In this document: positions 1-10,804 of the stretch, piece after piece
Layout: each line of letters opens with the position of its first letter
Numbering within the stretch: position 1 is the first letter of the stretch
DNA from: Lingula anatina
Taxonomy: Eukaryota; Animalia; Brachiopoda
NCBI GenBank assembly: GCA_051362555.1
Contig: CM120644.1
Coordinates: forward strand, 8,998,954-9,062,953
DNA length: 64,000 nucleotides
Direction: 5' to 3'
Made by a program: the position numbers and the translations under genes
Notes under the pieces: model-generated
What the model was told of the DNA's origin: nothing
What the model saw: the letters and a program-made list of their open reading frames with translations, nothing else
Database searches by the model: none

Positions 1-99
1 AAGCGCTGAGGTCGATCATTGAGTTGGATGTAAACCTACAACCGGACACGAACAAGACCTGTATTGGAATTCTTTGTTGAATGACCATCGTTAAACAAT

Positions 100-854
100 A
101 TGGAGATTGGAAACGAAAAAGAAAAAATGAATTTGTCAAACGGCGAAGTAAACCAGCCGCTCACAAAACAGGAAGAAGATGACACAGCAATACATAATTT
201 GCACGACGGAGAAAAGCAAACGCTCAATGAAAACGTTCAAGTCAAAAAGAATCTCACCGAATATGAAGAGGCTAAGCAGAGAAATCCAGAGGACGGGGAA
301 TCACAGGTTTCACCTTCAGATCGAGAGGAGGTAAAATACGCTCTATCAGAGGATGAAGATCCTGAGCACAGTCCCCGGATGTTGTGGACAAATAAAAAGC
401 TGGTGATAGCACTAGTGATAGCTCTCATTATCACAGTGATAGTGGCAGCTGTGGTCGCCTTTATACTGCAGAATTATGGTGAGTGTGTTAGATGTGACAA
501 CGTTACAGAATGTGCTGGTTGTCATTATGTACTGTAGTACATGAAACTGAGTCAAATTGAACTGTGTTTTGAGACTGTTATTCTTCTTCTAATTATTATT
601 ATGCATTTTGCTAGAATATATTCAGCGTTTATATTCGGCGGGGTGTTTTAAGTTTAATGGCTTGTTTATTAATGATTGTGATGTAAAGGGATACTTAAAA
701 ACAGTAAAACAACATAGTTGTTGAATTATATCGGCATGTTTACTCGTATGTTAGTAAAACAAGATATGCTCATGATATTTCTCACAATCAGTATTTTGTC
801 ACTATTAACGTCTATGCACTGTGCTTTTCAGACCCACACAAACCAGAGTTTTAA
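100..854 (+). CDS. Orphan single-pass membrane protein, ~133 aa (acidic disordered N-terminus, C-terminal TM helix); exons 100-478 and 832-854
   Basis: ATG at 100 with in-frame stop at 82-84. Hydrophobic run LVIALVIALIITVIVAAVVAFIL after basic NKK. Donor G|GTGAGT at 479, acceptor TTTTCAG at 831, phase-1 join gives ...ILQNYDPHKPEF* (TAA 852-854). AATAAA near 1262. The second exon is inferred. Confidence 0.6.
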
Positions 855-2388
855 AGCAATAATTTTCACCCAAAGGGTTAAACTTGTCTGATGTTGATCA
901 CGAGAAGGATCAATTTTAAGGATGCTCAGCCATGGGAATTGACTATGGCAACATCGTTTGTTGGTGACATAGGCGAATCATACCAGAGAGAGAGAGAGGG
1001 GGGGCAGTGGTGACGTCATCAAAGGGATTGGGGGAAACTGTGACGTCATCAAAGAGATTAGGGACGCTCCGACGTTATATCGACATCTCACTATTGTTTA
1101 TCTTGTATAAAGTATAATGTACGTGTACCTGAACTGAAGCGGTTGAAATAGTATGAAGCAAACCTTAAAGAAACAGTAAGCAGCAGATGGAAAGAAGGGA
1201 CCTTTCAGAGAAGTTTGTTTTGTGATTACCTTCCATATTTTATTGTATAATTCGTGTTTTTAATAAACTTTTTGAATTGGAATATTAACATTTCAACTAG
1301 AGATACAGGGCAAGTGGGCTGCATTGCTTACATAATCATTTTAAAGCAAACGCCGCAAACACATAAAATTATAAATAGCCAAAATTTTATCTTACTCGAT
1401 TTCTAGAATAGTTTATAGAATATGTATCGTCATTACTGTTCTTGTTCTCTTTTCAAATGTTCGTAACCAGTAAATTGTCTGTATAGCATTAAAGTATCTA
1501 TGAAGATCTACTATAAAGCTGTTATATGTAATCTTTGTAGTAGATCTTCATAGATGCACCAGTATTATAACTTATTTACTTTTTAAGATCCATACGGTGA
1601 TTTGATATGAATCTTATAGTATTGAAGCAATCGAATCAAACTCCTTCATTACCGATCGAAAATCATATTTTATCGTAGAAGAGAATAAATAAAACTCTCT
1701 TCAAACAGGATAGGAAGGCTATGATTGCTCTGGTAAGGTAACGGAGATTACTCATGGACAACATATGCTTATTTAATGACATAATTTTAATGCGAAAGAA
1801 TAGTGGTGTATAAGGGAAAGATATTGTAAAAAAAAAATAATAGGAAATTAAAGAAAATGATACACAATTGAAATTAAAGATACTATTTCAACTACTATTG
1901 TTATGAAAAGATTTCACATGTCACATGTACAATGTAGGCAATGCAGAGCGTGCTAAGACAAAAATGCACGAACGGAACATACGTCGACACATTTAAACCA
2001 ATTTCACTCAGGAATCGTGAGAGTTTAAAAGAATCTAAATTAATGTTTTGAACCATTTAATCCCAATTCATTCGATGGAGATCTGATGACTCCCGTGACC
2101 ATTAAATCTTTCCCCCTAAATGAATTCTACATTTCTTATGCTATTTAAAACCATTCTAAATCCTCTTTGTCCATAAATGGGAGACCCTGTGCGTGTCTAG
2201 TGTACAGCTTATGGTAATGAAGAACACAGAGAGAAATTTACTGAACGAAAAAAGTCGCTTGACTCCAACTTCTACTGCCTTATAAGGTGACAGCAACGTG
2301 GTAGCCGCGTGATCCCAAATTAATCTGCTTAAGTTATCAAGCTAAATCCAGGCATAATACTACTTTATAGGAGACATGTTGTTCTCAT

Positions 2389-2528
2389 ACTTATAGTAAC
2401 TTATAGTAACTGGCTCGCGCTGCCAGTAATTACGCCGCGGGACTTTCAGGGCACAGACCGTGATCACAAGATATACCGCGAATAGAAAATAGATTTTTAG
2501 AAAATAGACTTGCCATGTGAACGAAGCC
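2389..2528. mobile_element. Solo right arm of palindromic Harbinger/Tourist-like MITE (family A)
   Basis: Closely matches ~42678-42808 (ttatagtaac...ctggctcgcgctgccagtaattacgccgcggga...atgtgaacgaagcc); followed by TAA. Confidence 0.85.
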
Positions 2529-3617
2529 TAAATGGTTCACTAAAACACAAAAGGAATCGAAAAGGTAGGATTTTTTGAATGTGCAATGTTTTGTGAATAC
2601 CGACAACATTAACATTGCAACTACAGTGTGAATGTAATGTGTTGAATTAACAAAAAGAAAGTGTAATAAGATAATTGCGTACATTTAGAATTTATATAAA
2701 ATAGCAATAACTACAAACATATTTAACTATTGTAGAACACAAAGTTTGTATTTTTTTTAAAGAAAAGTGTGGCATTGGAAGGTTGCGAAAATAATAACAT
2801 ATATATGCCTCATTGAATCAGTTGTGAAAGTAGGATGTTTTGATAGACAGATTGTATATCAGACTGTTCAGACATCTTCATAATTATGCCATTTTGGCAC
2901 TAAACACTCGTAGTTTTTTTTAGGGAAAGTGTCTTTTAGGAGAAGACGTCTTTTGAACCATTGAAAGAATAATTGAATAATATAAAAAAAAAACAAAGAA
3001 TACACATTTGCATTCATTTATTGATGAAATCCAACCAAAAGTTCCCACTGCTCGATCTAAGTACCACCACCAAACTGAACATGTAATTAATTTAATTGTT
3101 CAAAGGCAAAATTTAAATCGAACGTTAGTTATACGTTGAAATGGGCACAGGTGGAAAAAATGCAACCACGCGTTTCTCTTTGTAAGTTCCATTATATAAC
3201 AACAAATGTTTTCGTGTTAAGGACCTTTTTACCTTGTCAGAAGCAAGAAGCAAAGTTCATAATTTCATCATTAAAGAGCGGGAAATGTTGACGTTCTCAG
3301 TTGGTCTTGGTATTCAAAGTCAGCCATTCTTAGCAGGCGTTGCAAACTTGTCTGACGCAATACATTCATAACAGGTACCGTATCTTTCCTACACGCTATA
3401 ACTGCCTCATCGCACTTTTAATTCAGAGACGCCACTTGGCACTGGTTAATAGGTTAGAATTTATAGTGGTTAATATGAACTTATATGGCAAAATGATCGA
3501 ACCCTGTTTAAGTTCAGTTAGTGGAGTAAGCAGCACAAAACATCAGTAGGCCTACTATTCAACATGTAGCGTAAAATCTTTCTGGCCGTTGTTTCCCCTA
3601 GCATTAATTTCGACTAC

Positions 3618-5021
3618 TTAGTTGGAAATTTTTGACTTTTTGTTGATGATTTTCCTCAGACGCTTTTTTCTAGCTTCTGCAGCTCGAAATGCTTCTGCTT
3701 TAACTTCAACTTCAGCTTCAGCTACCACCTGCATTTCACGTTTCTTTCTACTGCCGGATTTGGGTGGCGACCTTTCCGATTCGCTACCTTCGTCCTCCTC
3801 CGCCTCACGTTTCTTTTTACTGCCGGATTTGGGTGGCGTCCTGTCCGATTCGCTACCTTCGTCCTCCTCCGCCTCACGTTTCTTCCTACTGCCGGATTTG
3901 GGTGGCGTCCTTTCCGATTCGCTACCTTCGTCCTCCTCCGCCTCACGTTTCTTTTTACTGCCGGATTTGGGTGGCGACCTTTCCGATTCGCTACCTTCGT
4001 CCTCCTCCGCCTCTCGTTTCTTTTTACTGCCGAATTTGGGTGGCGTCCTCTCCGATTCACTACCTTCATCCTCCTCCGCCTCACGTTTCTTTTTACTGCC
4101 GGATTTGGGTGGCGACCTTTCCGATTCGCTACCTTCGTCCTCCTCCGCCTCTCGTTTCTTTTTACTGCCGGATTTGGGTGGCGTCCCTTCCGATTCACTA
4201 CCTTCGTCCTCCTCCGCCTCACGTTTCTTCCTACTGCCGGATTTGGGTGGCGTCCCTTCCGATTCCCTACCTTCGTCCTCCTCCGCCTCACGTTTCTTTT
4301 TACTGCCGGATTTGGGTGGCGACCTTTCCGATTCACTACCTTCGTCCTCCTCCGCCTCACGTTTCTTTTTACTGCCGGATTTGGGTGGCGACCTTTCCGA
4401 TTCGCTACCTTCGTCCTCCTCCGCCTCACGTTTCTTCCTACTGCCGGATTTGGGTGGCGTCCTTTCCGATTCGCTACCTTCGTCCTCCTCCGCCTCACGT
4501 TTCTTCCTACTGCCGGATTTGGGTGGCGTCCTTTCCGATTCGCTACCTTCGTCCTCCTCCGCCTCACGTTTCTTCCTACTGCCGGATTTGGGTGGCGTCC
4601 TTTCCGATTCACTACCTTCGTCCTCCTCCGCCTCACGTTTCTTTTTACTGCCGGATTTGGGTGGATACCTTTCTGATTCACTACCTTCGCTCTCCTCTGC
4701 CTCACGTTTCTTTCTACAGCCGGACTTGGGAGCCAATTCTTCAGGAACTCTTTCTTTGGTCTCTCCTGCCTCACGTTTCTTTCTACAGTCAAATTCTTCT
4801 TCATCTCTTAACATGGCCTCCCTCACGTCACGTTTCTTTTTGCTGTCGGATTTGGTCGGAGGTTCTTCTGCATCGATTGACTCGGCTAACCTATTGACAC
4901 TTTTAGCAATAACGACTTCCTCTTGCTGACGCATCTCTTCCCGAGGTGCATTCAGGGGTATGGCGAGAGCCGTGCCTATCACGACACACAGCACCAGAAA
5001 GACCAAGCCTAGTCTTACCAT
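3618..5021 (-). CDS. Secreted multi-repeat propeptide/prohormone-like precursor, 467 aa, single coding exon
   Basis: ATG at 5021 follows a splice acceptor (TTTGTATTTTTAG, exon starts 5046). Signal peptide MVRLGLVFLVLCVVIGTALA. 14 x 23-aa repeats each end in RKKR or KKKR. Basic C-terminal tail. Minus-strand AATAAA at 3017-3022. Confidence 0.85.
   Translation of the reverse strand: MVRLGLVFLVLCVVIGTALAIPLNAPREEMRQQEEVVIAKSVNRLAESIDAEEPPTKSDSKKKRDVREAMLRDEEEFDCRKKREAGETKERVPEELAPKSGCRKKREAEESEGSESERYPPKSGSKKKREAEEDEGSESERTPPKSGSRKKREAEEDEGSESERTPPKSGSRKKREAEEDEGSESERTPPKSGSRKKREAEEDEGSESERSPPKSGSKKKREAEEDEGSESERSPPKSGSKKKREAEEDEGRESEGTPPKSGSRKKREAEEDEGSESEGTPPKSGSKKKREAEEDEGSESERSPPKSGSKKKREAEEDEGSESERTPPKFGSKKKREAEEDEGSESERSPPKSGSKKKREAEEDEGSESERTPPKSGSRKKREAEEDEGSESDRTPPKSGSKKKREAEEDEGSESERSPPKSGSRKKREMQVVAEAEVEVKAEAFRAAEARKKRLRKIINKKSKISN
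3738..4703 (-). repeat. Coding tandem repeat, 69 bp x 14, plus one diverged unit at 4704-4772
   Basis: 69-bp periodicity is directly visible (e.g. tcgctacc at 3781 and 3850); units differ by only a few substitutions. Confidence 0.95.
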
Positions 5022-5521
5022 CTCGCTCTTATGGGTGAAGTGGCAGCTAAAAATACAAATGAACACGTTTAGTTTTGAATTGTCAGCGCCTCTCTAAAAA
5101 CAAAGAAAACAAAAGTCATTCTTTGCATCTGGAAGTGGCAAGGGTCTAGCGCCAGAATGTCCACACATTGACGTGTTAATCTAAAAGAAAAACGAAATTT
5201 CTGGCTATATCATATGCAAGCCTGCAGTATATAACATTAGGAACGTATGCTCAGTTCGTAGTCGCCTTTCAGACTCTGCTGCAGTCACAGTCATACAGTA
5301 TTTGGCCACTTCTAAATTGGATTAATGCATCTCTCTTTTATATGGATGTCCAAGAAACACCTAAATAGACTACAAATTATTCAAAACTTTTCCACTAGAT
5401 TATTTTAACTCGTATATCACACTATATTAAAAAAAACTGCACTGGCTGCCATACGAAGCAAGGACTTCTGTATTCTTAGTTTTCATCCATCGTGTTTTTT
5501 CATAATTTGGCACCGACTTAA

Positions 5522-7322
5522 GCCTGGGTCACATTGCGCTTGCAACCTTATGGCAACCTCTTTGCAACGTCAGTCTAAAGTGACAGGTTTTTTACCGATC
5601 GCAGGCGTTCGAAAATATGTCGCAGGAAGGTTGCAAGCGGCTGCAATAAAATAGGCGTAGGATGGTGGTCTATTTGGGCAAAGATTTTTTTCATAATTTG
5701 TTATGTAAGCCTTCTAAATATCAAGGTAATAAATTATAATATTTTAGAAAAAGAAAACATAATTTGCATTTGTTGGCAATATTTTATACCAATTGCCAAG
5801 GCTTTCATATACCAGGTATTTCACACTTACGAAACCAAAAAAATAAAAAAAAAAGGTGATGATAAAAGCAATGTAAGATTTTTTGACGCTACGTTTATTT
5901 ATTTTATAATTTTGCCAAAATCATAGGTAAAATGCCGAAAACCTCTATTATATATCGCTGTATGTTATTTAAAATTTGCCAAGCCATATTATCAGAGTAA
6001 ACAATGAAACAAATACACGAATGCAGAGAAAACGGAAAATAAAAGCAATTTAATCAGCAAGGTATAACTGCTATTTAATATCATAATTTCAACAATCAAA
6101 ATTATCCACAAATAATTGAACAAATCGTAAAATGTGTCCAATAGACTTAAATAAAAATAGTTTCAACACAAACAATTCAACATCTTCCCAGTGCTTGGTA
6201 TCCTCACTACAAGGATGAGAGTGTAAAAAGTACACGATGCGCATGACTTGTCACGGTTTAATTACGTTGTATTGTAAGTGGCAAACGCCTAGGGTTAAAA
6301 AGACAAAGGGAAAATACACATTCGGTTGCAAATCAGTTGCAAAGCAGTCGGCGACCTGTTAGCAACCGGTTGGATACCACAAGTAGGTTTTTAGGTCGCC
6401 AGGAGGTTATCGGTGCTGCACCGAAAACCGGTGCAACCGGATATTAACCCAGCGTTCATTTGGAAACCACTTTGCGAGTTGTTGCAACCGGTCGCCGACC
6501 TTTTTGCAACCGGTGACAGTTGCAAGTCGCAAAGAGGTTTTTGTTCAGTGTGACCGTAAATGCACAGGCCTTGCGACCTGAAAGAGACAAAGTATTTGAC
6601 CAAGAAAATATTAAAGAGTATTATGAGATTAATAAGGATTAAAACGTATGTAAGTTTATGTTTTTATTACAGCACTGGTTTCGTTGGGTGAGGGTGTAGT
6701 CTTTTCAAAAGTTCACAAAACATTGTTGGTTCTATTTTTAGGAAGGAAATGAAAAATTCCTGATTTTCAAGTCGAAGTTCTTTTATCAAATGTTTGTAAT
6801 CGCCTTACAAGGGGGGGGCTTGCAATCCAAGGAGTCACCCAGTATTTTCGAGGTTTTTTTACTCGTTTTACTCCTTAGGTAAACAAAGTCAATGACTATA
6901 GCAGTCCCGTCTTTTTGAAAAGGAGTCGTTTTACTAGAAAAATTTTGACTTTTGAGAGGGGAATTTATAGGAAAGCAGCTACTGTCACAAGTTGGCAACA
7001 TATATATTCTGTGCGACCTTGCTGCTACCAGTTGACAAGCGATTGCTACAGTCCTGCAACCGGTTTTCGGTCACCAAGTGGTTGCAGACAGGTTGTGTAT
7101 CGCTCGGCAAACAGTGTGCTACTGGTAACCTATAACTTGAAGATGGTCTATAAGAGGTTGCAGATACCATACTGCAACCTTGTAGCAACCGGTTTGCGAC
7201 TGCTTGCCGATCAAAAATGGCCACAGCTTCTTAATTAGCTTGCAAAGTGATCGCAAGCGACCGCCAGGTTTTGTGGTTGCAAAAAGGTTGCAAAAAGGTC
7301 GCAAGCGCAGTGTGACCCGGCC
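5522..7322. mobile_element. ~1.8-kb non-autonomous DNA transposon, Harbinger-like
   Basis: 25-bp imperfect TIRs (GCCTGGGTCACATTGCGCTTGCAAC / GTCGCAAGCGCAGTGTGACCCGGCC, 21/25 match) with TAA and TTA flanks. Many internal GGTTGC/GCAACC motifs. No transposase ORF. Confidence 0.65.
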
Positions 7323-8556
7323 TTACATAAACGATCCAAATATCTACTTAGTTCCTACCAGAACTTTGGGATCAGTAGAGCAACTAGTACTGAATCCTTA
7401 TAAAGGCGTCTTTAAGTCTTATGGGAACATCAGCTGATCCAATGGAATGGAATATTCTACCAATTGAAATCTACTCAATTGAATCAAGTGATAACTTTAA
7501 AAAGGAGTTAAAATATATTTTTAGGAAATTTTATTATTGATTATCTTACATGTAATTGATTTTACGTAATAGTTAGGCTTTTTTTTTATCTAGAATGTCA
7601 ATTAAGTGTCATAATATTTTATTTCTATATATCTTGGTAATTGTGTTTTTAAGAGATAGCAACTGTTCATTTGGCAAAAAAAATAAAAAATAGTATGAAA
7701 AGTATGAATTTTTGTAATATAAGGTAGCCGTTCTTGGAGGTCACGTGGTAAGCACAGATTCCAGCATAATTTTGATAACTGCCGTGTTGGTGTTTAAATA
7801 GATTTTATTATTTTTTACGAATTGTTTACAATTTTTAATGTTAAATGTGAATCTTATACGAAGACTTATCCCTTTAAGTGCTTGTTTTTATGTAAAGCCC
7901 ACTGAACAATTCACATGAATTTTAGACTTTCAATAAATACTTCATTATTATTATTTTTAACATATACATAGAGTCATGAATAGGCCCTGTCCAACACATT
8001 TTAATGCAAAAGTTGAAAAGTTGCTTGATCCTTTTGGAAAACATCTTCTCATTCAAAAGATGCTTCTTTTTTTACTCAGTCCATCCCCTTTTCACGGCTG
8101 AGGACTATTTCATATTCAATATGTCTTGTCTCTTCAAAATTTTAAGCAGTATAATGACTTTTTTCTTCTAGTTATTCTTATTAAGCATTGACAAACATAC
8201 AAGTCTTGTTTTGTTGCAGTTAAGAGTAAATTCATACGCTAGCGTGTTCATGTTCTGACGCTTTCGTAGATTTTTTTTTAATTTCTTCTGTATGAAATAC
8301 GTCCGCCAGGGTATGAGCAACCATTAAGTTCTCATTATTTTTTCACTAAGCGTACAGTGCAGAGAAAATTATAAGTAATTTATATGCATGTCGTATTGAG
8401 CCATATGTCTTACCATCCCGAGGATGCAGTTGAAATTGCAAATTATCATACATAGATTTAGTCAATCTGTGTCTTAATCAATCAAACGAAAATCAAGCCA
8501 TGCTTTGCAATAATAAGATAAAAATTAGGCAAGCACTTCAGTGAAAAGTGGAAAAT

Positions 8557-8595
<39 letters not shown>

Positions 8596-8654
8596 CTTTC
8601 AGAATATTACTTATTTCACTAAAAATACCAGGTACATCACATGAAAATACTCAC

Positions 8655-8720
8655 TTTTTGACGTGTCGCAGAGAAGTTCAGCAAACAACTTTCTGACACA
8701 AAATGTGCCCACTTAAATCG
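8655..8720 (-). promoter_or_regulatory. Candidate non-coding first exon and core promoter of the repeat-precursor gene
   Basis: Minus-strand donor AAA|GTGAGTA (plus-strand actcac 8649-8654), Inr-like TCAGAA near 8691-8696 and TATA-like ATTTAAG at 8712-8718. The coding exon begins at an acceptor, so an upstream exon is required; this location is inferred. Confidence 0.35.
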
Positions 8721-9041
8721 CGGTGAGTTTTATCAACTTCAGACCATTAGCCGTGAGAGGTGCGCAATGCGATAAGTGCATAAATGCGTTTTTAATAAAA
8801 ATCAATTTTGACTTAATCTTTTGAAATCACCATCATTTGAAGAAAAAAAATTTGATCCACCCAGACCATTAAGCTCTCCGCCTAAATTAAGTTTACATTT
8901 CTTAAAACCATCTAAACATAATAAGGGAGAAAGCATTTCGCCATTTGTTCGTAAATGGCATGACCATTTATCTTGTCTGGTTTTTATGGTATCATCGGAG
9001 AGCTCAGTGAGTAAACTCGCGTGTTCTCAGCTTCAGTAACA

Positions 9042-9216
9042 CCCCCTTTACACTGGACGGCGTCCTTTCTGCGTTCGTTATGGTTGTAGAAAAGAGGTAC
9101 AAGAATCGCTTTGGTTGCAGAGTGGATGCTCAGTGGTCGGCCAGTTTAAAGTATTTTTTACTCTCAAACGGGGCGGTACTACGGGATGCAGAAAGGACGC
9201 CGTCTAGTGCAAAGGA
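9042..9216. mobile_element. MITE family C
   Basis: TIRs CCCTTTACACTGGACGGCGTCCTTTCT / AGAAAGGACGCCGTCTAGTGCAAAGG. Homologous copies at 55976-56151 and 48103-48164. Confidence 0.8.
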
Positions 9217-10773
9217 ATTCCGTGACTACTCAACGGCCACAAAAGTGTCTTGAATTTTTTTGTGGATGTGTGGTTTAGCTTGTATTAAAAAGCTCCTCTT
9301 GGGCTTGAAAAGGGAGTTGTCAACCGATGACACTTTGGGCGTGTAATTAACAAGCTCTCTTCCCACCTGTGTAACAATCATTTTAAAAACCAGATGGCGG
9401 TTTAGTTTTTAATTAAATGTAAATGAAATGTGTCAACAAAAAGGACAATTAAAAGACACAAAACCACATATTTGACAACGAAAAGTGTTCTCTCACCTAA
9501 CTTTAAAGTACACTTAAAACGTCCATTGATCCCAACCTTTTTTATTGTCAAATGACTACCAAACGCCAACTCTCGCATGAAATGTGTGAACCGCATGTCA
9601 CACAGCACGTGGGTCTCGGGATTAACGTGACAATTTGTAATGCAGCGTGGTGTCTGGCGGCAGCCAACGAGTTTGGAATGTGGTAAGCAAGATGAACCAG
9701 TTTTGCCAATGCTTGTACTTTAAAAAAAAGCATTTATAAATGGATGTCACAGAGATGAAAGGTTTCTATGTGTTTAACACGTGAGGTTAGTGTGACGCGG
9801 CGCGTAGGGCTGCTTGACAGTTTATCAGAAACTTACCACTTCAAAGCTATTTAAGTTGAAAGATAAAATTCAATCATATTCACCATTTACATTAAGAACA
9901 GAACATATTCATCAGTGTTTTTACTGATCGTTTTATTATAAAACACTGGTCGTGCGCTAGGCTTGATACAAAAATGCATGGCTTATACTGCAAATGCATA
10001 TAATTGATATGAACGTCACGTACTCTACGCTACATATTCAAGTAATAAAACTGGACTGTCTAAAATAATTCAAATGCATTGCACGAGTGAAGGTACCTTA
10101 CCAGAGTGCTAATGTCTATAGCATATGGCTTGCATGCCATCAAGAACGTATTACCAGAATGAAATACATTCCTCATACCATCAGCTAGGAAATGTTTGAC
10201 ACATGGTTTCAGATCATTCTATGTATAATGAAGGTGTACAAAATATTTCTATGGATAAATGCCATGGACACGAAGTTGAATACTTCGTCTAATGTGTTCG
10301 GTCTTTCTACTATACTTCAGAGTATTAGTCCAATGTATAATGTCTGCTCTATGGCTCTAAGCTGATAATAAAAAAGAAAATAAATTAAAATAAATATTAC
10401 TTATGACACCAGAATTTCAGAAATATTATTCCACAGGTGTTTGGCAGTGGTTCCCGTTTTCTGTAATAAAACACGAGGCTGCCTACATACGACTTCCACA
10501 GAAAGTGGAAATACGTCACGTATGCATGCAGGAAGACTTCGGCCATTCTCGGACGTCTTCGTACCTGTCGACTGCCGTACTGCTCTCTCCGTGGCCCTGT
10601 TGTCTTGATTTTAAAAATAAGTCTAATTTGGTTGGGCGAATACGTTGAATCTACCAATTGTACCTTAGTCACTGTAACACATAAAATAGCTAATATCGTA
10701 ATAAAAAACATGAACAATCATCTTAAATTTGCAGCTATTACCACAGTACTTTACACAAGACCATAATAATGAC

Positions 10774-10804
<31 letters not shown>

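Noticed and set aside
479-537. Cys-rich tail CVRCDNVTECAGCH of the 145-aa ORF, resembling a zinc or heme motif
   Set aside because: It lies past a consensus GTGAGT donor, so it is most likely intron read-through.
3738-4703. CRISPR-like appearance of the 69-bp and 146-bp arrays
   Set aside because: No unique spacers, no cas genes, and a eukaryotic context; these are plain tandem repeats.
3622-4929. Three long overlapping ORFs (435 aa and 377 aa on +, 360 aa on -) across the repeat, including an Arg-rich protamine-like frame and a YCRIW/PPPP frame
   Set aside because: A 69-bp unit lacking a stop in a frame stays open through all copies. Only the 3618-5021 frame has a signal peptide, splice acceptor and coherent unique flanks.
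5022-5066. 15-aa N-terminal extension (MFICIFSCHFTHKSE) in the ORF track
   Set aside because: Non-ATG start that runs through the intron acceptor; the real start is the ATG at 5021.
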